Of a stretch of 64,000 nucleotides of DNA, positions 1-10,497 are shown piece after piece (the stretch's first letter is position 1; each line of letters starts with the position of its first letter). Location: NCBI GenBank assembly GCA_965197475.1, contig CBDANF010000003.1, positions 1,632,001 to 1,696,000 of the forward strand. The letters run 5' to 3'. The translations under genes were made by a program, and so were the position numbers. The notes under the pieces were generated by a model, which saw only the letters and a program-made list of their open reading frames with translations, made no database searches and was not told the DNA's origin. Origin of the DNA: Candidatus Poribacteria bacterium. Its GTDB lineage: Bacteria > Poribacteria > WGA-4E > WGA-3G.

Positions 1-58
1 CCGCACCATAAGTGTCAATTTTAGAAAAACCGCGGGTTTGTAGTCGCGCACTTCATTA
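1..58. repeat. Partial MITE/REP-like repeat (CCATAAGTGTCAATTT terminus family)
   Basis: ccgcaccataagtgtcaattt at 1-21 matches the junction aaccgcaccataggtgtcaattt at about 32896-32918. Confidence 0.5.
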
Positions 59-61
59 AGA

Positions 62-2542
62 TTAAAAGGTGCGGGACCATTTGAAATTGGCTTGGTATCC
101 GTGATCCTCCTCAAGGGCTCTTGCGAAGTTCAATCTGAAGATGCCGAGTTGGAAACCGATCCCAAGGTTAACTTTTGGATGCACATTTTTTATATCTTCC
201 AAGTTGTGCCACGCTTGTCCGATATCTACGAAAGGTACAACGTAAATACCTTTTGCTAAACTATGAACATATTCCAAATTGAAGAGGAACCCGTGGTTCC
301 CCTCAAATTCATAGAGTGAGTATCCGCGTAACGTTCCTGTGCCACCAAGAACAAATTGGCGTTGGTAAGGCAACATGTATGAGGTAGATGCAATTCCGAC
401 TTTTAGACGTGTATCAAGCCTGTTTTCTCCGATAGGATGATAGTTGCGAAGATGTATCACAAAACGTGTGAAATCATACTCTGAACCGATTGCAGAATTA
501 GAGTGTTCTACAAGAAATGTGTTATACCACTCGTTTTTATTTCCTCGGTTCTCAAGATCGTATCTGACTTCAGTGTTTTCTCGAGTGTCAAAATCATATT
601 TTAAGGAGATACTATGCATTCTTCCATCATATATTGGTGAATTCTCCCTTGGTGCGTCTAAGTCGTACTTCCCGATTCTGAAGTAAATATGACTCTCTTG
701 TATGCTTTCATGTTCTTCTAAAAGCATTGATAGTCCGAGTGTATGCTTCAGTGTTGCATTCTGCCATTGAAGTGCCATCACGCCACCTTGCCTGATATAG
801 TAGTCTTGAAAATCGGAATTGAAGAATGCTCGCCAGAATTGCTCGCCGCCGCTCAGCAAGATGTCTCTATCTCTGACAGATGTTAACCGATGAATTTGGG
901 TACTATATGTCAGATTTGATTTTTCACCGAATGTGACACCACCACCCAATCGATAATTGGGGGCTTTTGTCCGAAGCGAAAAACTCATACTGCCATATAC
1001 GAAGGGATTCGGTGTAAAGCGAGACCACATTCCGAAATTGTTTTCATTAAACTCAATTGATGCAGAATTAGCGTCAACATTTCGTCGAATCGTTTCCCCA
1101 GATCTATCAAAATAGAGCGGATCATGATACCATTGTTTTCCGAGTTCAAAGCCGCCACCGAGTCGCAGCATGTCAACAGGATTTAAACCGCTGGTATTCA
1201 CGAGGCGAAAAATGTTCCTACTTGTAGGGGAGACATCGTTGCCGTTAATATATATGCCAGACTCACGGTATTTGTTCTTTTCAAACGTATCTAACATTCC
1301 TTGCATAAGGGACGATTTTGAGGGTGGTAACACCCGCAGCCAATTTCCATCATTTTGGTATGACTTGTCTGCTCCGATATTTGACCACCAGGAATTTTCA
1401 CCTGTCCGTTGTTGTTTTCGGTCGAAGTTAATACCCATATGAGTCGGATCGGTAGTTTCTGGATAATCAAGTATCTGCCATGGGATTTGCATCTCTACAA
1501 CCCATCCGTCATCAACAATTTTAGATGCGACTTTCCATCGGTTTGACAAATTGGCTTTCTTTGATCGTCCAGACGCTAATTGAACATATTTCTTGCCATG
1601 TGGGTTTGCCATAAATAAAGTCCGATGTGCAGATTGATGTGTATGAAACGGGTCAATGCTAAAACATACTGTATCCTCGTTTACAAAACGGATGTTATCT
1701 TTGGTTTGACTGGCTACGATTTTCTTCGGTTGAGAATCGGAGAGGTGCCATGCGACGTAGATTGATTTGTCGGTGTAAACAATTTTAACTATTGTTTGGT
1801 CTTTGACTGGTTTATCAGTTTTTACATCAGTGAAGCCAGATGCTTGAGGTGCGATCTTCCAACATTTATCATCAAGCTTACCGTCAATGGTTGGCGGTTT
1901 TTCGATTTTTACAGCAAGCAACTCTTTTTGGGACGTTTCACTGTGCAAGTCAGATCCTGCCTTTGCCTTTAATGTGCTGTCAAGGTCAATATCAGTCATA
2001 CCGAAATTGCTTAAGTTTCCGAGCAATTCACTAATTCTATCTGGTGCGATTTCGCCGACAATATTAACAAAGGTGACCTCCCGCGGTTTTGAAGACATCA
2101 CGATGACAAAGATCCCGTAAACCAAATCATCATCAAACAGCAAACTGATTTCAACGATTTCATCTGATTCCTTGATTTTAACAAGAACTGCCCACTGATT
2201 TTTCTTCAGTACATTTCGGTAATAATTAACCAATGTGTTTGCGACAACTTCATCATCATCAGTTGTTTCGTAGGTTCGGACATAGATACCGTCAATCATC
2301 TGAATCAACTCTGTGACCTCTGGTTTTGCACTCATAGATTTGGTTACCAAATTAATGAGATTATCTGTCAGGTTGACTTCCACTTTTGGTTCGGGAGCAT
2401 TCGGTAAGTCAAAGCGAATACGTCCTTTTTGCTCCGTTTCATCCGGGCGTTCTTTTTGCGCTAATGCCTGGTGGATCGGTGCAATCCACAATCCAACACA
2501 AAACGCCGCGAACAACAGTATAAGGTGTCTTTGCAGTTTCAT
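62..2542 (-). CDS. Secreted DUF4252 + CBM9/DOMON-like sugar-binding domain + Omp85/BamA-TamA-like beta-barrel fusion
   Basis: Signal peptide; N-terminal domain paralogous to 2746..3288; PPTIDGKLDD..W and GWVVEMQIPW motifs of CBM9-like domains; LGGTGTLRGY and a terminal beta-signal (FKWSRTF) typical of Omp85 barrels. Confidence 0.7.
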   Translation of the reverse strand: MKLQRHLILLFAAFCVGLWIAPIHQALAQKERPDETEQKGRIRFDLPNAPEPKVEVNLTDNLINLVTKSMSAKPEVTELIQMIDGIYVRTYETTDDDEVVANTLVNYYRNVLKKNQWAVLVKIKESDEIVEISLLFDDDLVYGIFVIVMSSKPREVTFVNIVGEIAPDRISELLGNLSNFGMTDIDLDSTLKAKAGSDLHSETSQKELLAVKIEKPPTIDGKLDDKCWKIAPQASGFTDVKTDKPVKDQTIVKIVYTDKSIYVAWHLSDSQPKKIVASQTKDNIRFVNEDTVCFSIDPFHTHQSAHRTLFMANPHGKKYVQLASGRSKKANLSNRWKVASKIVDDGWVVEMQIPWQILDYPETTDPTHMGINFDRKQQRTGENSWWSNIGADKSYQNDGNWLRVLPPSKSSLMQGMLDTFEKNKYRESGIYINGNDVSPTSRNIFRLVNTSGLNPVDMLRLGGGFELGKQWYHDPLYFDRSGETIRRNVDANSASIEFNENNFGMWSRFTPNPFVYGSMSFSLRTKAPNYRLGGGVTFGEKSNLTYSTQIHRLTSVRDRDILLSGGEQFWRAFFNSDFQDYYIRQGGVMALQWQNATLKHTLGLSMLLEEHESIQESHIYFRIGKYDLDAPRENSPIYDGRMHSISLKYDFDTRENTEVRYDLENRGNKNEWYNTFLVEHSNSAIGSEYDFTRFVIHLRNYHPIGENRLDTRLKVGIASTSYMLPYQRQFVLGGTGTLRGYSLYEFEGNHGFLFNLEYVHSLAKGIYVVPFVDIGQAWHNLEDIKNVHPKVNLGIGFQLGIFRLNFARALEEDHGYQANFKWSRTF

Positions 2543-2586
2543 TGTGTTATTCTCCTTGCTGTATAGTGCTTCAATAGATAGGATAC

Positions 2587-2706
2587 TATTGGTCTGTCCA
2601 TCCTAAAATTACGGGTATGTGATTTGCTATAGGGCGAGGAAACAGCTATCGAAACCTCGCCCCTACGATCAACTTACCCTAAAAATAAAAGTGGACAGAA
2701 CACTAT
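2587..2706. repeat. MITE-like element with internal REP-like hairpin
   Basis: Inverted termini TCTGTCCA / TGGACAGA enclosing the palindrome AGGGCGAGG...CCTCGCCCCT. Confidence 0.5.
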
Positions 2707-2745
2707 GTTTATATGTAATATTGTTTCGGTTTATGAAGCATTTCG

Positions 2746-3288
2746 TTATTGTGATATTCCGATTTTTGTGTCAATTTTGAGGTTTTTCAAGAACTCAAGA
2801 TCGGATTTCATAACTTCCCCAAAGAGAATTCCGAGTTTCTGAAAATCGATTTTCCCGAAAATGTTCACGAAAGTAGTGTTATGCTCGTCAGTAAAGGATA
2901 TGAAAATGCCGTGGACTACACCAGGATCATCAGCGAAGAGTAGACTGACGCAAAGTTGGTCCTTAACCTTGATAAGGTTCTCCCATTTTTCCTTTTCGAG
3001 TGTGTTCTGATAGTGTTGTGACATTTCAGTCAGGTTTTCGGACTCTTTTTCATAAGTGTGAATGAAAACACCCTCAATCATCTCCGCGTATTCCGCATAT
3101 TCAGGCAGATTTATCGTGAAATTGATAAAGAGGTTGAAAAATTCTTTGTCCAAGTTGATTTCGACTGTAGGTGTTGGCGCATTTGGTAAGTTCATCTCAA
3201 TTTTTCCACGAATTGCATCGGTTTCCGCAATTCCGCTACCAAAAAAGCAGAATGCGAATAAAAGGGTTATGAGGCTAAGCTTTTTCAT
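2746..3288 (-). CDS. DUF4252 family secreted protein
   Basis: Signal peptide; WENLIKVKD and FVNIFGKID motifs typical of DUF4252; ECF sigma/anti-sigma context. Confidence 0.7.
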   Translation of the reverse strand: MKKLSLITLLFAFCFFGSGIAETDAIRGKIEMNLPNAPTPTVEINLDKEFFNLFINFTINLPEYAEYAEMIEGVFIHTYEKESENLTEMSQHYQNTLEKEKWENLIKVKDQLCVSLLFADDPGVVHGIFISFTDEHNTTFVNIFGKIDFQKLGILFGEVMKSDLEFLKNLKIDTKIGISQ

Positions 3289-3968
3289 TGAGTATTTTCT
3301 CCTTCAATAGTTGAGGTAGATTCTGCTGGATTACCAGCAGTGCTGTTGAATTTAGGCATAATTGTATCTGTATATGGTATATCGCCGGTTAAGTGGTTAA
3401 GTATGCCCAGACTCCGATGAATTGCCGAAGAGATTTTTGCAGTCGGTTTTAGGGCACGACGCGGTGCCTCGTCAACCTTGAGAGATCCGAAACTATCGTT
3501 TACTGCAAGACCTGTTTTCTGAACCGCGTAATTCATCTTACTAAGTGCATAGTTGAAGTCACTTTTTGCTTGTTCAACAACAATATGTTGTTGATGTTGA
3601 TGAACGCCAAATACCACTATACCAACGAGACAGGCTATCGCGCTAAAGCGAAGAAACGGTATGCGTAAGAAATCAGAGAACGTAGATAATTGAAAAATCC
3701 GATGTATCCAACCACTGTTATTGGGATGTGCGCGAACATAAGCCGTAACCTCTCTTAAAATGTCGGGAGGTGACGTAGGTTTGGGAAGATCGTCTAAAAC
3801 CGTATCAATCGCTTGCGCCAAATGTAATTCGTGACTGCAGGTGTCACATGTGGAGAGATGAGATGCGATTGCGGATTCGGTGTCAGTATCCAAATCACCC
3901 GCAATGTATTCTTCCATGCATGTTTGGCAATCTGTGCAAGTTATGTCGCGTAGTGGATTCTGGTTCAT
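3285..3968 (-). CDS. Zinc-finger (zf-HC2/ZAS) membrane anti-sigma factor
   Basis: HLSTCDTC (HxxxCxxC) motif followed by one TM helix; directly downstream of an ECF sigma. Confidence 0.85.
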   Translation of the reverse strand: MNQNPLRDITCTDCQTCMEEYIAGDLDTDTESAIASHLSTCDTCSHELHLAQAIDTVLDDLPKPTSPPDILREVTAYVRAHPNNSGWIHRIFQLSTFSDFLRIPFLRFSAIACLVGIVVFGVHQHQQHIVVEQAKSDFNYALSKMNYAVQKTGLAVNDSFGSLKVDEAPRRALKPTAKISSAIHRSLGILNHLTGDIPYTDTIMPKFNSTAGNPAESTSTIEGENTQ

Positions 3969-3971
3969 CGT

Positions 3972-4505
3972 TTATTTCTCCATTAGGCAGTTCAATATTT
4001 CTCGCAGCTTCTTACGCGCACGAAATATGTTTGATTTCACGGTGTTTTCAGGTTGTTTTAGGACCTCTGCGATTTCCTTATAACTCATTTCTTCTAATTC
4101 CCGCATAACCACTAATGATCGCAAGTTTGGCGGTAATTCCTCAATTGCGCGATGGACTAACTGTTTGAGTTCCTGCTTGATGGAAATCTCATCTGGTGTC
4201 GGATTTGATTGGAATGAATGTTCATGTAGTAACATTTCAAGTGTTTCACCTTCTTCCTCTTCTTCAGATAAATGCACCTGAAATTTTCGGCGTTTCAGTT
4301 GATTAAAACAGAGATTCTGGACGCATTTCAGCAACCATGAGTGAGCAGTTTTGTGTCTTATTTTGGTGCGATGTTGCCATGCTCTGGTAAAGGTTTCTTG
4401 TGTCATATCTTTTGCGTCTTCGCTGTTTTTGAGTAGATAGAAAGCATGCCGATAAATCTTATCTTGATGCTTGCGGACCAGTTCAAGAAATTCGTCTTCT
4501 GTCAT
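3972..4505 (-). CDS. ECF RNA polymerase sigma factor (sigma-70 family)
   Basis: Region 2 (EDAKDMTQETF) and region 4 (SYKEIAEVL...TVKSNIFRAR) motifs; ATG at 4505 has an upstream GGAG (ORF track extends to 4565). Confidence 0.92.
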   Translation of the reverse strand: MTEDEFLELVRKHQDKIYRHAFYLLKNSEDAKDMTQETFTRAWQHRTKIRHKTAHSWLLKCVQNLCFNQLKRRKFQVHLSEEEEEGETLEMLLHEHSFQSNPTPDEISIKQELKQLVHRAIEELPPNLRSLVVMRELEEMSYKEIAEVLKQPENTVKSNIFRARKKLREILNCLMEK

Positions 4506-4536
4506 GTCACAACTCCGCGCGCTCGGGGTTAACACT

Positions 4537-4564
4537 ACTACAAACAAGTAGCAAAAAAGTTGCA
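4537..4564 (-). promoter_or_regulatory. Putative ECF-type autoregulatory promoter
   Basis: TGCAAC-N16-TGTAGT on the minus strand about 30 nt upstream of the sigma ATG, similar to the AAC-N16-CGT ECF consensus. Confidence 0.3.
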
Positions 4565-4806
4565 TCTTTTTGTATTTTTTGAAAATTTTGCGAAAAATGT
4601 AAGAGGTGCCAAATCATGCAGAATGCCACACGCGTATTCTGCCAAGCGTATTTAGCGTTGATTTGGCAATGAATTGCAATTGAACGCTGCAAGAATCAGA
4701 AAAGCCTCAATGCCGATATACAGGATCTAAAACCCATACAACCGACACCGAGGCTTTTGTGAAAAACCTAATTTTGCAATTGGTGAAACTCAGTTATATC
4801 CTTAAG

Positions 4807-6234
4807 TTAAAGCACAAAATCGAGAAGGAGCGATGGCAGAATACCGATGAGTAAAACGCCAATTGCTGCAACAGCTAATCCGATGACTAAGGTTGAGGGA
4901 TATGATTTGAACTCCAATTCCTCTTCCGGTTCACGCATATACATTGTTACGACAACGCGTAAGTAGTAGAACGCCGAAATCGCAGTATTGATTGCCCCAA
5001 CAATAACGAGTAGATAGAGTTTTGCCCCGATTGCGGATTTAAAGAGATAAAGTTTTCCGACAAATCCAGCAGTCGGGGGAAAACCCGTGAGGGAGAGAAG
5101 CATTACCGTCATAAACATGCTGAGTAACGGTTTGCGGAACCCGAGTCCTGCGTAATCGGAAATCATCAAATTCTCACCATCAGCGGTTCTTGCCAAAATA
5201 ACCGCACCGAATGCGCCGATATTCATTACGCAGTAAACAAGCAGATAGAGCATTGCACTTGATGTGCCCTCATCACTTGCTGCTGCTAAACCTATCAACA
5301 CGTAGCCAGCGTGTGCAATGCTTGAATATGCAAGCATGCGTTTGATGTTTGTTTGTGCTATGGCGATGATGTTGCCAACCGTCATTGTCAGCATTGCTAA
5401 TAGGATGATAACCCCGCTCCATTGAGGCTGTATATCTGGCAAAGCTTCCATAAAAATCCTAATAAACGCTGCAAATCCTGCTGCTTTTGGCCCCGCAGAG
5501 ATGAATGCAGCAATCGTGGTCGGTGCGCCTTCGTAAACATCAGGTGCCCATTGGTGGAACGGAACGATTGCAACCTTAAATCCGAATCCAACAATAAGTA
5601 GGAATGTGCCTGCTAAGAGAAGGGGAGATTGGCTCTCGGTGGTAAGTTCTTCAGCAATCTCCGGAATACTCGTTGTTCCAGCGGCACCGTAAATTAATGC
5701 GATTCCGTAGAGGAAAAATGCACTTGCGAACGCACCGAGCAGTAGGTACTTCATGCCTGCTTCGCTTGAAGCGGGACTTTCACGGAAATAGCCTGCTAAT
5801 ACATACAACGATAACGACATCAGTTCCAAGCCGAGGAAAACGATGATCAACTCATTGCCAGCAGCCATTAACATCATACCGAGCGTTGCAAGCAAGATAA
5901 GTAGGTAGTATGGTCCCTGTTTTTTATCACCTCTCCCTAAATAACTAATCGAAATTAAAGCAACCAAAATTGTAGAGACGAGAAAGATAATGTTAAAGAA
6001 GAGGGAATAACTATCCACTCTAAACATATCATTGAATTGGGTTTGATCTGTGCCAGCTTGTAGCATCCGAATGGATACCACTAAGGCAATCCCCGATCCA
6101 ACGATTGTCATCCATCCCAGGACCTTCTTTGAAATAGAGTCAAACATATCAAAGACAAGGACAATAAACAACGTTGTAACGATGACAAGTTGTGGCATTA
6201 ACAGTGACCAATTAATATCAGGTATATCAGGCAT
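4807..6234 (-). CDS. nuoN: NADH-quinone oxidoreductase subunit N
   Basis: EAGMKY, FKVAIVPFHQWAPDVYEGAPT and KRMLAYSSIAHAGY motifs. Confidence 0.97.
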   Translation of the reverse strand: MPDIPDINWSLLMPQLVIVTTLFIVLVFDMFDSISKKVLGWMTIVGSGIALVVSIRMLQAGTDQTQFNDMFRVDSYSLFFNIIFLVSTILVALISISYLGRGDKKQGPYYLLILLATLGMMLMAAGNELIIVFLGLELMSLSLYVLAGYFRESPASSEAGMKYLLLGAFASAFFLYGIALIYGAAGTTSIPEIAEELTTESQSPLLLAGTFLLIVGFGFKVAIVPFHQWAPDVYEGAPTTIAAFISAGPKAAGFAAFIRIFMEALPDIQPQWSGVIILLAMLTMTVGNIIAIAQTNIKRMLAYSSIAHAGYVLIGLAAASDEGTSSAMLYLLVYCVMNIGAFGAVILARTADGENLMISDYAGLGFRKPLLSMFMTVMLLSLTGFPPTAGFVGKLYLFKSAIGAKLYLLVIVGAINTAISAFYYLRVVVTMYMREPEEELEFKSYPSTLVIGLAVAAIGVLLIGILPSLLLDFVL

Positions 6235-6325
6235 TCAATACCTCCGTTTTTAAACTCCAAAATAACAATATAGGTGTAGCATTAAGTTTCAGATAGTGAT
6301 TTTTTCTTTTAGGCAACGCGATCTC

Positions 6326-7813
6326 CTATCGTAAAAACACGAACGTCACAATCACAAAAAGCGGGACTAAAATTCCAACAGACCAGATCATATATCCAAA
6401 GAAACTCGGCATACGGATACCGCTCTGTTCCGCTATCGCCTTTACCATGAAATTTGGTGCGTTGCCGATATAGGTGTTTGCACCCATAAAAACTGCACCG
6501 ACAGAGATAGCAGTTAGCAATCTGACAAACTCAAGGTGTTGCGGATCAGTCAATTGACCAGATAAAATTTGTGGAACAACGGCTTCAGTCAGATGTAACT
6601 TTCCAAGAGCTGTGTTGAAGAACGTCAAATAAGTTGGTGCGTTGTCAAGGAAACTGGACAAACCGCCAGTTATCCAGAAATAGTGGATCGGTTCTTTAAT
6701 CGCGCCGATTAACCCGCTTAATTCGCCATTTTCACCAGCTTTCAGAATTGTCAATGCTGGAATAATCGTCATAAAGATACCAGCGAATACTTTTGCGACT
6801 TCTTCAATTGGTTCCCATGAAAACTCATTTGCTTGGCGCAATTCTCCACTAAATGGCGTAAACTTGAGCGATAATAAACCCATCACGACAATTAATACGT
6901 CGCGAGCAATATTCTGCCAATATACATGTACACCGAAGATATTCACCTCTCCCCACTTGAAAGAGCCACTCATTAAGACAGCGGCAACAATACCGAATAG
7001 GAAAACGAGATTAAAAAGTCCATCCACACGAATTGGTTCGTTGGTTCCATCGTCTGGTACTACACCGCCTTCCCGTTTAAACATAAACGTGTCTATTACA
7101 AAGAAAAGCGCGATCAAAAGGACACTGATGAACAACATGTGTGGGAAAAGAGCTGTCGTTGTCCAGAAGAAAGGCACGCCGTGCAGGAACCCCAAAAAGA
7201 GCGGCGGATCGCCAAGAGGCGTTAAGGATCCACCGATATTGCTGACCAAAAAGATGAAGAAGACAATCAGATGAACTTTATTCTTTCGATATGCGTTTGC
7301 GCGAATCAACGGACGGATGAGAAGCATTGATGCGCCAGTGGTCCCCACCCATGAAGCAATCGCAGTGCCGATTAACAATAGCAATGTGTTGACTATCGGG
7401 GTGCCACGCAACGTCCCTCGTACGAGAATACCGCCTGCTACTGTGAATAACCCCCATAAGAGAATGATGAACGGAATATAGTCTATCAAATAGATGTGCA
7501 GGATATCGTAAAACGCATCACCTCTGAAAACCGCGAGATATGGGATTGCAAAAATTAATGCCCATGCCAACGACATCTTCCCGCCGTGGTGGACAAGAAA
7601 ATGGGAATCCAGCACGAGTGGGAAAATTGCGATTGATAGGAGGATACCAACAAACGGAATAATGCTCCAAATAGGTAATTTTGCGCCATCTACACCATGG
7701 TGAACAGTTTCATCACCGTGTGTTTCGTCTGCTGCTAAAGTTTCTAATGAAACGGATAGCGTAAGACCCAAAATGACACAAAGAATGATACAAAATGCAA
7801 GTTTGGACTTCAC
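6326..7813 (-). CDS. Ion-transporter superfamily putative Na+/H+ antiporter (CitMHS_2-like)
   Basis: About 12 TM helices; SNIGGSLTPLGDPPLFLG, LSSFLDNAPTY and GANTYIGNAPNFMVK motifs. Confidence 0.8.
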   Translation of the reverse strand: MKSKLAFCIILCVILGLTLSVSLETLAADETHGDETVHHGVDGAKLPIWSIIPFVGILLSIAIFPLVLDSHFLVHHGGKMSLAWALIFAIPYLAVFRGDAFYDILHIYLIDYIPFIILLWGLFTVAGGILVRGTLRGTPIVNTLLLLIGTAIASWVGTTGASMLLIRPLIRANAYRKNKVHLIVFFIFLVSNIGGSLTPLGDPPLFLGFLHGVPFFWTTTALFPHMLFISVLLIALFFVIDTFMFKREGGVVPDDGTNEPIRVDGLFNLVFLFGIVAAVLMSGSFKWGEVNIFGVHVYWQNIARDVLIVVMGLLSLKFTPFSGELRQANEFSWEPIEEVAKVFAGIFMTIIPALTILKAGENGELSGLIGAIKEPIHYFWITGGLSSFLDNAPTYLTFFNTALGKLHLTEAVVPQILSGQLTDPQHLEFVRLLTAISVGAVFMGANTYIGNAPNFMVKAIAEQSGIRMPSFFGYMIWSVGILVPLFVIVTFVFLR

Positions 7814-9394
7814 TTACTGCGTCTGTGCCTCCTCTTCAATCAACTGTAAGGTTGCAGTTTTGACTTCCTGGACAAAGTCTTGTATTTCACCGTTATGATT
7901 AGCGTCTCCAACCGCTGGCGTGTTTGTTTTAGTATCTACTTTTTGTACCACTTGGTTCACAGACACTTTCATCGGATCCAAAAACGAATTCGGATGCACA
8001 CCAATCCAGACGATGAACAGAAGTATCGGTAACAGTACAACGATTTCGCGCGGTTTCAGGTCAGGCAAAGATTCGTTCGTCTTGTCCGGTGTTCCAAACA
8101 TGACGCGTTGGAACATCCATAGCATATAAACTGCTGCCAGAATCACGCCCGTTGTTGCGAAAACTACGTACCATTTTGAGAACGCTCCGCCAACAAAACT
8201 ACCGAGTAGAATCATAAATTCGCCGACAAACCCGTTCAAACCGGGCAATCCGATGGACGACAGCGTCACAATCAGAAAGAAGGTAGCGAAAATAGGCATT
8301 CGCTTTGCTAATCCACCGAAATCAACAATCATTCGGCTATGCCTGCGTTCATAAATCATGCCGACTAAGAGAAATAGCGCGCCCGTGCTTAACCCGTGAT
8401 TGATCATTTGCAAAACGCTTCCCTGTATACCCAAATGACTTTGTGAAAAGAGACCTAACACAACAAAACCGAGGTGACTCACACTGGAATATGCGACCAG
8501 TTTTTTCAAATCCGGTTGTACCATTGCTACTAATGCCCCGTAGATTATGCCGATAACTGCCAGTGTCACTATCAACGGGGTGTAGTCCGCTGCTGCTTTT
8601 GGAAAAAGAGGTAAGCAGAATCGTACTATTCCGTAAGTACCCATTTTGAGCAGCACGCCTGCAAGGATTACACTTCCTACAGTGGGAGCTTCAACGTGTG
8701 CATCCGGTAGCCAGGTATGGAATGGGAAGAGAGGAACTTTTATAGCAAAAGCAATGAAGAATGCAAGGAATAGCATGTGGGAATGCTCAAATGGACCGCT
8801 GAGTGTTGTTAAGTCAAAACTATTACCGTTCTGGAAATAAAGTGCTAAAATGCCAACTAACATTAGCGCACTACCTGCCATTGTATAAAGGACGAACTTG
8901 ATAGTGGCATAAATCCGACGTTCCCCACCCCATATTCCGATAAGGAAATACATCGGGATCAACATCGACTCCCAGAATACGAAAAAGAGAAATAGGTCTA
9001 AAGAGCAGAAAACACCCAACATACCTGTTTCCAGTGCAAGGAGCGACATCATAAAACCGCTCAAGCCTTTCTCTACTGAATTCCATGCTGCGAGAATACA
9101 CACCGGTGTCAGGAAAGTTGTAAGTAGCACTAACCACAACGAAATGCCGTCAATACCGATGTGGTAACTTGTACCTAAATCACTAACCCACCCCAGTTTC
9201 TGGTAGAGTTGTGGGTTATTTTGGAATCCGATTATTTCCGCATCAAACCCAGTGTAAAGCCCCAGCGAGATAGCAAATGTCAACAAACTAACGACAAGTG
9301 CGATGCCTTTAATAGCAGACGCGCCTAATCCTCTGAGCAATGCAATCGCTATTACGCCGAGAAGTGGTAAAAAAATAACTATTGAGAGTAGCAA
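7814..9394 (-). CDS. nuoM: NADH-quinone oxidoreductase subunit M
   Basis: FWESMLIPMYFLIGIWG, AIKVPLFPFHTWLPDAHVEAPT and LLKMGTYG motifs. Confidence 0.97.
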   Translation of the reverse strand: MLLSIVIFLPLLGVIAIALLRGLGASAIKGIALVVSLLTFAISLGLYTGFDAEIIGFQNNPQLYQKLGWVSDLGTSYHIGIDGISLWLVLLTTFLTPVCILAAWNSVEKGLSGFMMSLLALETGMLGVFCSLDLFLFFVFWESMLIPMYFLIGIWGGERRIYATIKFVLYTMAGSALMLVGILALYFQNGNSFDLTTLSGPFEHSHMLFLAFFIAFAIKVPLFPFHTWLPDAHVEAPTVGSVILAGVLLKMGTYGIVRFCLPLFPKAAADYTPLIVTLAVIGIIYGALVAMVQPDLKKLVAYSSVSHLGFVVLGLFSQSHLGIQGSVLQMINHGLSTGALFLLVGMIYERRHSRMIVDFGGLAKRMPIFATFFLIVTLSSIGLPGLNGFVGEFMILLGSFVGGAFSKWYVVFATTGVILAAVYMLWMFQRVMFGTPDKTNESLPDLKPREIVVLLPILLFIVWIGVHPNSFLDPMKVSVNQVVQKVDTKTNTPAVGDANHNGEIQDFVQEVKTATLQLIEEEAQTQ

Positions 9395-9527
9395 AAAGTA
9401 ACTCCTTTAATGTGTGGTGCAGCCTTAGCACCCGAAAAAAAACAAGTCCGAGCCAAATTGGGCCTGGAGAAAAACCTAATTTGACATTTATATGATGTAC
9501 ACCTTAAACACGGACATTTTCAAATTA

Positions 9528-9953
9528 CTAACAATCCAATAATAAAAGTAATAGACCTACCCATGACCAAAAGGTGTAATCTCGTTCTTCCTTCGCTAAT
9601 AGTTCACGGCGACGTTTTGAGAAGAAATTAGGAGGCGGGTGTCTCCGGCACCAAGCCATCAGCTGACGATTGAATGCAGTAATTTCCTCATCTGATCTAT
9701 TGCAGTTATCCAAAACCCACGCGCCTAATCTGACATTATTGGTATACTGGACAGCTGCTCCTTGAAAAGCATCCGCTGAAATACCTAAGAAGGATAAAAT
9801 GTGCGTATCCTGCTTGGAGTCAACACCGTATTTGTAAACACCAGTCTTTCCTGCATGTGCGGCTCGTGCTTTGTCTGCCATCCTTGCAACACCACGTATT
9901 CCCGCGACCTCTTTGTTAACAATGTTCCGCGGTCGAAAAGTCTTCTGCTTCAT
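9528..9953 (-). CDS. DUF5069 family protein with hydrophobic C-terminal tail
   Basis: ARMADKARAAHAG..G.YKYG and LSFLGISADAF motifs; tandem paralog of 10072..10497. Confidence 0.7.
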   Translation of the reverse strand: MKQKTFRPRNIVNKEVAGIRGVARMADKARAAHAGKTGVYKYGVDSKQDTHILSFLGISADAFQGAAVQYTNNVRLGAWVLDNCNRSDEEITAFNRQLMAWCRRHPPPNFFSKRRRELLAKEERDYTFWSWVGLLLLLLDC

Positions 9954-10071
9954 CTTCTTCCTCCGTTAGTATTTTGAAAAAAGAAAGATTGTGGAAACTG
10001 CACCAAATCACGAAACAATCAAATAACAAAATTTCCTTCTAATAGGCAAGTTTTAACAAAACTGCCAATTA

Positions 10072-10497
10072 CTATCTTTTGAAGATTTTCCAAAATACCC
10101 ACCAAAAAGGTGACAGCCAAATTGGAAAAGGCGGTTCTCCATCAGTTAATTCGTGGCGGCGTTTTGAGAAGCCGTTCTGCGGCATTTTACGCTGCCACTG
10201 AATTTTTAACTTACGGTTGAACGCGGATATTTCCTCAGATGACCTATCACAATTCTCCAAAATCCACGATGCCAGTTTGACATCGTTCTTAATTCGCGCA
10301 GCAGCCTCAAAAAAAGTATCTGCTGAAATACCGAGGAAGGACAAAATACCACTATCTTGCTTGGAATCAGTACCGTATTTATAACTTCCAATTTCTCCAG
10401 CATGGGCAGCTCGTGCCTTATCTGTCATCCTTGCAACACCGTAGATACCAGCAACTTCTTTGTTGAGTAAATCTCGTGGTCGAAAAGTATTCGGCAT
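10072..10497 (-). CDS. DUF5069 family protein with hydrophobic C-terminal tail
   Basis: ARMTDKARAAHAGEIGSYKYG motif; shares the upstream RBS segment aaaatactaacggaggaagaa with 9528..9953. Confidence 0.7.
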   Translation of the reverse strand: MPNTFRPRDLLNKEVAGIYGVARMTDKARAAHAGEIGSYKYGTDSKQDSGILSFLGISADTFFEAAARIKNDVKLASWILENCDRSSEEISAFNRKLKIQWQRKMPQNGFSKRRHELTDGEPPFPIWLSPFWWVFWKIFKR

